Origin: Octopus sinensis
Lineage: Eukaryota
Assembly: GCF_006345805.1 (NCBI RefSeq)
Contig: NC_042998.1
Span: forward strand, 154,628,001-154,692,000
Reading direction: 5' to 3'
Length of the DNA stretch: 64,000 nucleotides
Both the position numbers and the translations under genes were made by a program. This document shows, one piece after another, positions 46,481 to 59,289 of this stretch (positions are counted from its first letter, which is position 1; each line of letters begins with the position of its first letter). The notes below the pieces were generated by a model that saw nothing but the letters and a program-made list of their open reading frames with translations, searched no databases and had not been told where the DNA came from.

Positions 46481-49400
46481 TCTATAAAAACTATATATGT
46501 AGGAAAACTGTATATGTAGTGTGAAAATCTACATAAGTATATAAATCTGTATATCAAATGAATGTATGTATAAAATTTATCTCTAGATTTTAAAATCTGA
46601 AAATCTATATAAACCTAGGTATAAAAGTCAATTTATGCATGACAATTTCATACATAGATTTTCATGCATCCAGAAATTTTATATGTATTTTATATGTATG
46701 AAAACTATATATGTAGGTATAAAAACTATATATGTAGGAAAATCTAAGTGTCAAAATCTATATGTATAAACATCTATCTAGATTTTAAAATTTGAAAATC
46801 TATGGAAATCTACGTCAATGAAACTTTCATCATAGATTTTCATTCATACAGAAATATTCATACATTGATTTTCCTATTTTCATAGCTAGATTCCATACCT
46901 GAATTTTCATGCGTTTGCATAGGTAGACTTTTATAACTATCAAAGTATAAAAATCTTTGAAAGTACAAAAATCAATGTATGAAAATCTATACATGAAAGA
47001 AAATCTATTTATATTTAAAAGCTATATATAAAAATCTACGTAATTCTGAAAATCTCCGTATAAAAATCTATGTATAAAAATCTAGGTATGAAAATTCGTC
47101 GTATAAAAATCTAGATATACAACTAATATTAATCTATGTATAAAAACGTATGCATACAAATGTATACAGTATATAAGAAAATAATTGTCTAAAATCTTGT
47201 CGATGTATATATGAAACTCTATGTATGAATATCAAGGTATCAAAATCTAGATATGTAGGAAAATCTACGTGTGAAAATCTACGAAAGATAAAGTTATGTC
47301 TGAAAATTTCATACATAGATTTTCATGCATCCATAAATTTTATACATCAAATTTCATATTTAAATACCTATATGTACATACATTCTCATACACCTTGATC
47401 CTTATAAATTGTCATAACTAGATTTCATACATTGATTTTCATACGTTTTCATAGATTTTATACATATATAGATTTTCATACTAGGTATAAAAATTCATAT
47501 GTGTATAAATATCTAGGTATGAAAATCCATGAAAGCACAAAATCATATTTATGTATAAAATCTAAGCATGAAAATCTTTTATCTTTCAAATCTATATATG
47601 TATGAAAACTATATATGTATAAAGCTATAAATGCAGAAAATCTAAGTGTGAAAATCTACATAAGTATAAAAATCTGTATATCAAATGAATGTATGTATAA
47701 AAATTTATCTAGATTTTAAAATCTGAATTTCTATGTAAACCTAGGTATAAAAGTCAATTTATGCATAACTTTCATACATAGATTTTCATGCATATATAAA
47801 TTTTCATACATCGATTTTCATATTTAGATACATATCTACATACAATCATTTTCATGCTAGATCTTATACATGCATAAAATTGCATATATTTGCATACTTC
47901 CTTCATTCATACATAGATAGGTATAAAAATTTATATTAGTATGAAAATCCTTGAAAGTACAAATCATATATATAGATATATGTAGGTATAAAACTATATA
48001 TGTAGGAAAATTGTATATGTAGGAAAATCAAAGTGTGAAAATCTACATACGTATAAAAATCTGTATATCAAATGAATTATGTAAAAAAATTTTTCTAGAT
48101 TTTTAAATCTGAAAATCTATGTAAACCTACGTATAAAAGTCAATTTATGCATGAAAACTTTCATACATAGATTTTCATGCATCCAGAAATTTTCATACAT
48201 CGATTTTCATATCTAAATACTACCATTTTCATGCCTAGATCTTTATACATGCATACATTTCCATACATTGTCATATATTTGCATACTTTCATACATACAT
48301 AGATAGGTGTAAAAATCTATTTATAATAATCTAGGTATGAAAATTCGTCGTATAAAAATCTAGATATACAACTAATATTAAATCTATGTATGCATAAAAT
48401 CTATACATGTATAAAAAATAATTGTCTTAAAATCTTGTCTATGTATACATGAAAATCTATCAAGGTATCAAAATCTAGATATGTAGGAAAATCTGCGTGT
48501 GAAAATCTACGAAAGTTAAAGTTATATTTGAAAATTTCATACATAGATTTTCATGCATCCATAAATTTTTTATACATCAATTTAAATACATATCCTTATT
48601 GTGATAACTAGATTTCATATATTGATTTTCATACGTTTTCATAGATTTTTATACATATATAGATTTTCATACATAGATAGGTATAAAAATTTGTGTATAA
48701 ATACCTAGGTATGAAAATCTATAAAAGTACAAAATTATATATATATATATGTATGAAAACTATATATGTATATATATGAAAACTATATATGTATGAAAAC
48801 TATATAAGTATAAAACTAAATATGCAGGAAAATCTAAGCGTGAAAATCTACATAAGTATAAAAATCTGTATATCAAATGAATGTATGTATAAAAATTTAT
48901 CTAGATTTTAAAATCTGAAAATCTAAGTAAACCTACGTATAAAAGTCAATTTATGCATGACATCTTTCATACATAGATTTTCATGCATCCAGAAATTTTC
49001 ATACATCGATTTTCATATTTAGATACATATGTATGAAATCTAGTTATGACAATGTATAAGGCTCAAGGTATAGGTATTTAAATATGAAATTTGATGTATA
49101 AAAATTTATGGATGCATGAGAATCTATGTATGAAAGATGTCATGCATAAATTGACTTTTATACGTAGGTTTACGTAGGTTTTCAGGACTAGATCTTTATA
49201 CATGCATACATTGTCATATATTTGCATACTTTCATACATACATAGATAGGTATAAAAATCTATGTATTATAATGAAAATTCATGTTGTATAAAAAATCTA
49301 GATATACAATTTAATGTACAATCTATGTATAAAAACGTATGCATAAAATCTATACATGTATATAAGAAAAAATTGTCTTAAAATGTTGTCTATGTATGAA

Positions 49401-50919
49401 TATCAAGTTATAAAAATCTAGATATGTAGGAAAATCTGCGTGTAAAAATCTACGTGTCAACGTATGCATAACAATTTCATACATAGATTTTCATGCATCC
49501 ATAAATTTTTATACATCAAATTTCATATTAAATACCTATATGTACATACATTCTCATACCTTGAGCCTTATACATTGTCATAACTAGATTTCATAGATAA
49601 ATTTTCATACGTTTTCATAGATTTTTATAAATATGTAGATTTTGATACATAGATAGGTATAAAAATTTATATATGTATATAAGGTATGAAAATCCATGAA
49701 AGTACAAAATCATATCTATGTATGAAAATCTATTTACGTTTCAAAACCCATATATAAAAATCGATATATGTATGAAAACTATACATGTAGGAAAACTGTA
49801 TATGTAGGAAAATCTCTGTGAAAATCTACATAAATATAAAAATCTGTGTATCAAATGTATAAAAAATCTATCTAGATTTTAAAATCTGAAAATCTATATA
49901 AACTTCAATTTATGCATGACGACTTTCATATACAGATTTTCATGCATCCCGAAATTTGCAGACATCGATTTTCATATTTAAATACATATCTACATACATT
50001 TTCATACATTGTCATAGCTAGATTTCATACCAGAATTTTCATACGTTTGCATCGGTAGATTTTTATAATTATCAAAGTACAAAAATGCATGAAAGTACCA
50101 AAATCTATATATGAAAATCATACATACATGAATGAATATTTATGTTTAAAATCTATATATAAAATCTACGTATTTCTGAAAGTCTACGTATGTACGTATA
50201 AAAATCTACGTATAAAACTGTATGTATGATAATTTTACTACATCGATTGCCATACAGTTTTATAGCTTCACCTTCATATATTTTCATAAATATATTCTAT
50301 AGATAAATTTCCGTTTTCATACACAAATTATACAACAAATATACATACATAGGCATAAAAATATAAGTATTAAAATCCATGAAAGTACAAAAATCTATGT
50401 ATGAACATCATACATACATGAATGAAAATGTATTTATATTTAAAAATCTATATATGTAAATATATACAAAAATTATGTATGTATGACAATTTTCATACAT
50501 AGATCTTCATCTGTGTATGTATAAATTTAATGTATAAAAATCTGTGTATAAAAGTTTTTAACATTTTCATACATCCATAGATTTCATACCTAAATAATCA
50601 TACATATTTGCATGCATATTTGCATACATACATCTATGTGCGCATGTATTCAAATTGAATAAGGAGTACATTTTGCAGCCTTATCTTTACTAAAATCCAG
50701 GAACTTAATTCTCCAACAAAATGCACAGCGAAGTTTTCGACAAACGCTCACGAGGACCCCATGAATATATATATATATATATATATATTAATATATGTTG
50801 CAATTAAGGACAACTACTTAATAAGGAAAACTTAACAAGAAATTGTCAGGTAGATAGCGTAAAAACCTCATAAGAGAAAAAATTTCGAAAAAAATTATTT
50901 CTTATTGAACATATTAATT

Positions 50920-51158
50920 TATATATAGAGGGCATAATTATACATACATGCCAGGAGGCATTATATATACCTGCCAAACGCTAAGAGGGACAATCAGTCA
51001 TTTCTACCAAAAATATTACTAATCCCACCGAATGCAATAATTGCATTCGGTGGGATTAGTAATATTTTTGGTAGAAATGACTGATTGTCCCTCTTAGCGT
51101 TTGGCAGGTATATATAATGCCTCCTGGCATGTATGTATAATTATGCCCTCTATATATA
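50920..51158. repeat. Perfect palindrome, ~119-bp arms, 1-nt spacer (centre 51039)
   Basis: gagggcataatt...ccgaatgcaat-A-attgcattcgg...aattatgccctc. Confidence 0.95.
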
Positions 51159-51159
51159 T

Positions 51160-51180
51160 ATTAATATATGTATATATATG

Positions 51181-51211
<31 letters not shown>

Positions 51212-51299
51212 GTATATATGTATATATATATGTATATATATATATAATATACGTATATATATATATATAATATATGTAATATATGTATATATATTTATG

Positions 51300-51333
<34 letters not shown>

Positions 51334-51365
51334 ATATATGTATATATATATTATAATATATGTAA

Positions 51366-51405
<40 letters not shown>

Positions 51406-51508
51406 TATATTTATATATGTATATATGTATATATGTTATATATATGTATATATATTTATATAATATATGTAATATATGTATATATATTTACGTATATATA
51501 TATATATG

Positions 51509-51563
<55 letters not shown>

Positions 51564-51620
51564 TATATATGTATAAATGTTTATATATATAGATGTTTAT
51601 GTATATATATACATATATAT
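51160..51620. repeat. Degenerate (TA)n/(TATG)n microsatellite
   Basis: Directly visible. Confidence 0.95.
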
Positions 51621-51624
51621 GGAA

Positions 51625-52510
51625 AAAATTTTGGCGGCAATAGTGTTCAACTGCAACGAGTCTCGACATACTGAAGGTGGAAAGGTCGAGAGAAGTAGAG
51701 TGGTAGGGTCGTGTTGTGCAGGCTTTGGTTCACATAACAATGCCGGACATGTATAGCATCCAAGATGAGCTCGTGTTCCCCGATGAGACACGCCTCGGAG
51801 TCGTGGTGTATGGAGACCCCCAGTGTGCTGCAAATGCAAACTTGGAGGCCACATTAAGTCTGTCTGTACGCTGACAGAACCACAATAGAGAACGAGAGCA
51901 CCGTAGTTTCTTGTTTCTATCTTTGTCTCTCTTTCTGAGGTGTGGTTTCTGCTTTCCTTTTTTTCACAGTGATTTTTGACCTCCCCTTCTCTTTCTCCTT
52001 TTCTTCGCCGCTTGTCGTTTCTGTTGCTCCTTTGGTTCCTGTCGATTCTGTAGTGTTTGCTTTAGGGTTTAGGTTTTTTACTTTTTCTGACGGTGCTGCT
52101 TACTGCGGCCTAGGTTGTCACTCCGCTCTCACGTCCTTTGTCCTGAACCTCATCTCAACCGTTCCGAATTTTCTGCCTTTAGACAATTCTTGATTCTTTT
52201 TCATCGACTCTATAAATGGTTTTCATCGTCGTAGTATACGTTATGTAAATTATCATTCTTTTATCTACTTCCTCTGTCCTCTGGTATTACTTTCACTTCA
52301 TTACCCTCCTTTATCAAACATGCTGCATATTTTTGTAGGTGGCTTTTTTCGGTGTTAATTTTTTTATTTTTTGCCCGCAACTTCTGCGAATTTCGCTGGG
52401 GCTTCTGTTTTCAGCGTCACTGCCGGTGATCTTTCTTCACCTGATAAAGGTATACAGCAGATAGGAGTATCCATTTTCGGATGTGGCTCATCAAGCCTTT
52501 CACTTGGCTT
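51625..52510 (-). mobile_element. Possible LINE (Tx1/L1-like) ORF1 remnant
   Basis: Interrupted minus-strand frames ...EAPAKFAEVAGK..., QELSKGRKFGTVEMRFRTK and a K/E/T-rich low-complexity segment resemble non-LTR ORF1s. No catalytic motif. Confidence 0.35.
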
Positions 52511-54924
52511 TTACAAAAAAATCTGCCTTAGCAAGCCTTTTGTATGTATTTTCAAATTGTTCCACAATAATTGTTTCATACATACGATTTTCATACATAC
52601 GTAGATTTTCTTACATAGATTTTTAAACATAAATAGATTTTTATTCATCTATATATGATTTTCATACCTAGATTTTTATACCTATTTATGCATCGTTGTT
52701 GTAAATGTTAAAATTTACGTATCGCTGTATTCTTAAAATTTAAGAAAATGTATGTATGAAAATGCATAAAAATCTATCAATAAAAACGTATAGAAATTTA
52801 TGTATCAAATCTAGTTATGAAATGTATAAAGATCATGGTATGAAAATGTATATAACTTTTCATGTATTCTATACATGCCAGAAAAATCATGTATTAAAAT
52901 TGTCATACATACATTTTTAAACGAAGATTTCCATACATACATCGACTTTTCAAACCTGGATTTTCATATTGTATACGTAGATTTTCAAACGTAGATTTCA
53001 TACATACATAGATTTAATATATAGATTTTTATACTTACGTAGATTTTCATAACTAGATTTTCCTCTACATCTAGATTTTTATACGTACATATTGATACAT
53101 ACATAAGAATGTCTACGAAAATATGTTTGAAAATATAATTGTGAAAATGTATGTATGTATAAAAATGCTTGAAAATCTATGTACATAAATTGTCATACAT
53201 AAAATTTTTTACATAACATTCATAGATTTATGTATGTATAAAAATCTATGAATGAAAATCTTTGTAGCAAAATTAATGTATAAAATGTAGATATGAAGTC
53301 TATGTATACATGCAGATTTTCATACATACGTTGAATTTTATACATACATCGATGAAAATCTAGGTATTAAAATGTACGTATGAATATTTAGGTATGCATG
53401 TATGTATTAAAATCAATGTATAAAAATCGATGTATGTAAATCTATGGTCATACATACATTGATTTTCATACATAGATTTTCAGACAAACAGATTTTTTAG
53501 ATGTATAATATTTATATATGACAGTCTATGCATACATACAGATTTTTATACATTGAATTTTATACATACATAGACGAAAATTTATGTATAAGAATGTATG
53601 TATAAAATTCGATGTTTGAAAATCGATGTATGAACATTGTTATATATACATTGATTTTTCATACACAGATTTATACATTTTTATATATACATTGATTTTC
53701 ATACGTACATAAATTCTGATACGTAGATTTTCATACATATATTTTCATACATACACTTTATACAACTATAGATTTTCATACATTTATCATGAAACATAAA
53801 TGGATTTTTATTTATTGATTTTCATACAGATTTTTATGCAGATTTTCATACAGATTCCTACCTAGATTTTCATACCTTTATATATTTTCATACATATATA
53901 GATTTTTAGGTTCATTCTTTTGGTGTCGAACGGTGACTGCAAGGCGGCGACCACCAAGCATCTTACCAAAATTCATATGCTTCGATTTTCATACATATTA
54001 CATTTTCATACATACATATATTTTCAGAGGTTCATAAATTCATTGAATTTCATACATACATTGGTTTTCGAGCATAGATTTTCATACGTAGAAGATTTAT
54101 GTATGAAAATCTAGATATATATAAAAATCTTTACCTGAAAACGTATGGAAATTAATGTATAAAAATCTTTATATGCATCCAAATCTATGTAGGAAATAGA
54201 AAGATTCTTATACATTCCTCTGTTTTCATTCATAGATTTTAATACCTAAATTTTAATACATGTAAAGATTTTATATATGTATGTTTGAAAATCAATGTCT
54301 TAAAAATTGTCATACATACCTAGATTTCAAACATACCTGGATTTTCTGTTATTTTTATACGTAGATTTTCATACGTTGAATTTTATACATAAATTTTCAT
54401 AATTACGTAGTCTTTTATTTCTAGATTTTCATACGTAGATTTTTAGACATTGATTTTCATGCATACATTGATTTTTATACATATATTTGTTTTTATGCGT
54501 ACAGATTTTAATAAATAGAATTTATTACTTTCATTGATAAAAATCTAGGTATGTATGAATATTTATGTATGAATATGTATGAATATGTATGTATGAATAT
54601 TTAGCTTTGAAATCTACGTTTGAAAATTGACATACATTGCTTTTCAGATTTTCACCTGTGTATGAAATTCAACGTATGGAAATCTATGTATGTATGAAAA
54701 TCAATGAGATTATGACAATTTTCATACAATTTTCAAGCATCCATAAATCTATCTATTTCTATATGGAAATCAATGAATTTATGACAATTTTTATACATAG
54801 ATTTTTCAAGCATCCCTAAATTTTCATACATCGATTTTTGTACATACATCTTTAAGAGTTACTTCCCTTGTATACTTATATATATATATATATATACACA
54901 CACGTTTGTATATCTGTTTAACCC

Positions 54925-55078
54925 CCGAATATCGCATCACAACCGACGCTGGTGTGTTCACGTCCCCGTAACTGATGGGTTCAATAAAACAAGCCGATAG
55001 ATTAAGTACTATGCCTACAAAGAATAGGTTTTGGTCGACTGGAGCACGGCCGCAGTGAAATAACGGAAAATAGTAAAA
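54925..55078 (+). mobile_element. SINE core and tail fragment
   Basis: gctggtgtgttcacgtccccgtaac...ccgatagattaagtacta..cctacaaagaata...gcacggccgcagt; same family as 14205-14415. Confidence 0.72.
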
Positions 55079-55171
55079 AATTGTATCTTCTGTAAGGGAG
55101 ATAACTAAAGAAAACATCGTTCGGCAAGATAGCTGAGACATCGGGGGATAAACATATATATATATATCTTT

Positions 55172-55221
<50 letters not shown>

Positions 55222-55399
55222 ATATATATAAAGATAAGGGAAGTAACTCTAAAAGAAATTTTTTTAGTAATCTCCCTTAAATTAAAATTAAAGAATAGGG
55301 TCTGTGATGGCCGCAGTGAAATAACTGAAGACGTTAAAAAATTGTATCTTCTGTTGATGACAAATTTAAGGGAGATAACTAAAAAATATCTTCTAGAGT

Positions 55400-58300
55400 C
55401 ACTTATATGCACACACGTGCACGTACACGCGACCGATCCTTTCAGTCGCCGGAAGTCTATATATAGACAATATAGCCGGAAGACTATATTGAGGCCTAGC
55501 AGTCGGCAGGTGGATGTCTCCGGGATCGTTCGGGAAGATAGCTGAGACGTCAGCCAAAGACGAACTCAGCCCGGCGGGTAGCCGCCGCCTTCACGCTGCC
55601 TTGCTTTCACCGTTCTATTTCGCGCCGCATTGTGCCAGCGGCAGGCTGCGCCATGCACCCGGTGCTCCGCCGCGCTACCGTGCCGGATATCGAAAGAACG
55701 AACCTAAGCTAACGGTATCCCCCACGTACGCGAGGACGTAGCCGCGAACGATGCCGGATCTCTGTCATCAAATACACGCGGTCAATACAGCGACGTGGTC
55801 CGTCCCGAATATTCCCAAAAGATAACAACTACGGCTAGTATAGGTAGAGCCCGACAGTGGCAGGGTTTGCGGAGTCGCCCCGAGCTTCGCTGCGCTACCA
55901 TGCCCGACCTATTAAGAACGAATCAAAGCTCGAGGTGTCGCCCACGTACCATGCCCGATATCGAAAGGTACATGCGGTCGATACAGTGACGTGGTCCATC
56001 CCGTAAATTCCCGATGCCGTCAGTCACCGGGCATGTACCGGGTAAATACAACGACGTGGTTCGACCCGTAAGTTAGAAAAATCAGACTATATTGAGGTCT
56101 AGGTGGATGTCTCCGGCATCGTGCGTCAAGATGCCTTACACGTCATCCTAAGACGCCGTCAGCCCGGCGGGTTACCACCTTCTTCACGCCATCTTGCTTT
56201 CACGTTTCGACTAATCGCTGCAGCGCCGCCAGCGGCAGGCCTGTTCTGGTCGCCCGTTATTCCGCCGCGTTACCGTGCCCGATATCGAAAGAACAAACCT
56301 AAGCTCGCGTGATCGCCCACGTACACTTGGATGTAGCCGCGATTGTTGCCGAAAGGCTGTCACGAGATAAAGGCGGTTGATACAGCGACGTGTTCCTTCG
56401 CGTAAATTCCCGAAAGATGGCAACGACGGCTTGTATATGTAGGGGCAGCCTGCGGCTGGCTTGCGCCAGTCACCCGTTGATCCGCCGCGCTACCGTGCCC
56501 GATATCGAAAGAACGAACCTAAGGTATTGGTATCGCCCACGCACACGTGGACGTACCCGCGAGAGATATCGGAAGGCTGTCACGAGATACATGCGGTTGA
56601 TACAGCGAAGTGGTCCGTCCCGTAAATTCCCGAAAATGACAACTGCGGCTAGTATAGGTAGGGGTCGCCATTCGCCCGGACCTACGCATCGTTACCGTGC
56701 CCGATCTAGTAAGACCGAATCGAAGCTCGCAGTATCACAAACGTACACGTGGACAGATCCCTTCAGTCGACGGGAGTCTATGGCGATATGCACCGGGTAA
56801 ATACAACGATGTGGTCCAACCCGTAAGTCAACGGAAACAGACCCGTGACCTTACGGGTCGGCCCACGGTGGATAGTCACGCTCCAGGTGACCGTCGCACC
56901 CCAAGGGTGTCCAGACTATATTCATTGCTAGCAGTCGGCAGGTGGATGTCTCCGGCATCGTTCGTCAAGATGCCCGACACGTCAGCCTAAGACGCCATCA
57001 GCCTGTCGGGTGGCCGCCGCCTTCACGGCATCTTGCTTTCACCTTTCAACTACGCGATTCGGCAGATGACAACTGCGGCTTTCTTTCCCTGTTCGACGAC
57101 GCGCCGCGGGCTCGCCAGCGGCAGGCCTTCGCCGGTCGCCCGTTGCTCCGCCGCGCTACCGTGCCAAATATCGAAAGCACGAACCGAAACTCGCGGTATC
57201 GCCCACGTGCGCGTGGACGTAGCCGCGACCGATGCCGGAACTCTGTCACGAGATAAAAGCGGTCGATACAGCGACGTGCTCCTTAGACTAAATTCCCGAA
57301 AGATGACAACTGCGGTTAGTATTTCTAAGAGCCGACGGCGGCAGGCCTGCACAAGTCGCTCGGAGCTTCGCCGCGTTACCGTCCCCGATATAGAAAGAAC
57401 GAATCGAAGGTAGCGCTGTTGCCCACGTACACGTGGACGTAGCTGTCAGTCGCCGGGAATCTGTGGCGATATGCACCTGGTAAATACAACGACGTGGACC
57501 GACCCGTAAGTTAACGGAAACAGATCCGTTAGCTGACGGGTCGGCCAACGCTGGATAGTCACGCTCTAGGTGACCGTCGCGCTCCAAGGGGGTCCAGACT
57601 ACATTGAGGCCTAGCATTCGACAGGTGGATGTCTCCGGGCTCGTTCGGCAAGATAGCTGAGACGTCAGCCTATGACGCCGTCAGTCCGGCGGGTGGCCGC
57701 CGCCTTCACGCCAATTTGCTTTCACCTTTCTTTCCCTGTTCGCAGCGGCAGGGCTGCGCCGGTCGCCCGTTGCTCCATCACGCAACCGTGCCCGATATCG
57801 GAAGAATGAACCTAAGCAAGCGGTATCGCCCACGTACGCTTGGACGTAGCCGCGACCGATGCCGGATCTCTGTCACGGAATACACGCGAGGTGCATAGCG
57901 CAACAGACTCAGGGCGACTGACGGGATCGGTTGCGGCTACGTCCACGTGTACGTGAGCGATACCGCTAGCTTCGATTCCTTCTTTCTATATCGGGCACGG
58001 TAGCACGGCGGAGCTCCGGGCGACTGGCGGAGGCCTGGCGTATGCCTGGCGCAGGCCTTGCGTAGGCCTGTCGCAAGCCTCTACCTATACTAGCCGAATA
58101 GTCGAACAGGGAAAACATGGCGCAAACCCACCTCTGGCGCCCCCTACCTATACTACCACCGCCTACACGCTGCCGTGCGTTCACCGATCGAATACGCGCA
58201 GGGGGTCCCAAGCGGCAGGCCTGCGCCGGTCGCCCCTTGCTCCGGCGCACTACCGTGCCCGATATCGAAAGATACAAGCGGTCGATACAGTGACGTGGTC

Positions 58301-58400
58301 CGTCCCGTAAATTCCCGAAAGATAACAAATGCGGCTCTTATAGGTAGGGGGTGACAGCGGCAGGCCTGCGCCAGTCGCCCGGAGCTCCGCCTCGTTAGCG
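55400..58400. repeat. GC- and CpG-rich tandem array with higher-order structure
   Basis: Subunit marker ccgtgcccgatatcgaaag every ~200-450 bp. Higher-order marker ggtggatgtctccgg at ~55510, 56103, 56941 and 57624. One inverted subunit at ~57915-58097. Confidence 0.88.
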
Positions 58401-58414
58401 TGCATGATCTAGTA

Positions 58415-58577
58415 TTTTATATATATATATATATTATATATATATATTTTATATATATATATTATATATATATATTTTATATATATAATTATATATATAT
58501 ATTTTATATATATTATATATATATATTTCATATATATATATATTATATATATATATTTTATATATATATTATATATA

Positions 58578-58620
<43 letters not shown>

Positions 58621-58954
58621 ATATATATATTATATATATATATATTATATATATATATTTTATATATATATATATTATATATATATATTTTATATATATA
58701 TATTTTATATATATATATATTATATATATATATTTTATATATATATTATATATATATATTTTATATATATATGTATTATATATATTTTATATATATATGT
58801 ATTATATATATATATTTTATATATATATGTATTATATATATATATTTTATATATATATGTAATATATATATATATTTTATATATATGTAATATATATATT
58901 TTATATATATATATATTATATATATATATATTTTATATATATATATATATATAT
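58415..58954. repeat. (TA)n-derived microsatellite with tatatatattttatatatatat periodicity
   Basis: Directly visible. Confidence 0.96.
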
Positions 58955-59289
58955 AAGGAAGTTATTTAGATGTTTTTTAGTTATCTCCCTTAAATTTGTC
59001 ATCAACAGGCAGCTTCTGGGGTCTATTGTATAAAAGAATTGTATCGTCTCTTGACGAGGGAGTTTACTAAAAAAAACATCTATATTTATATATATAGAAT
59101 TACATAAATGTGAAACAAGGTGGAAAAAAGAGTACTCAAATACCATATGCTTTGTTTTAAGCAGCAGAAATATATTCGTATGTGAATGTATTTATGATCA
59201 TTATTAGCATTTTCAAAGAAAGTTTAACTTTTCACTATTAGCATTTTGAAAGCAAGTTACCTTGGTTTCTAAGTGCTAAAAATTAAAAT

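Larger units (their letters stand above)
43992..54850. repeat. Complex AT-rich satellite-like block with embedded inserts
   Basis: Built from short motifs (aaaatctatgtatg / catacatagattttc) in both orientations. Longer modules such as cgtataaaaatctagatatacaatttaatg recur every ~0.7-1.5 kb. Confidence 0.88.

Noticed and set aside
55514-58328. Many 60-136-aa Arg/Pro-rich ORFs on both strands
   Set aside because: By-product of high GC tandem repeats; overlapping in all frames with no motifs.
55400-58400. rDNA or bacterial contamination
   Set aside because: No recognisable rRNA conserved segments or gene-like ORFs, and it is contiguous with host-type SINE and (TA)n flanks. Not formally excluded without a search.
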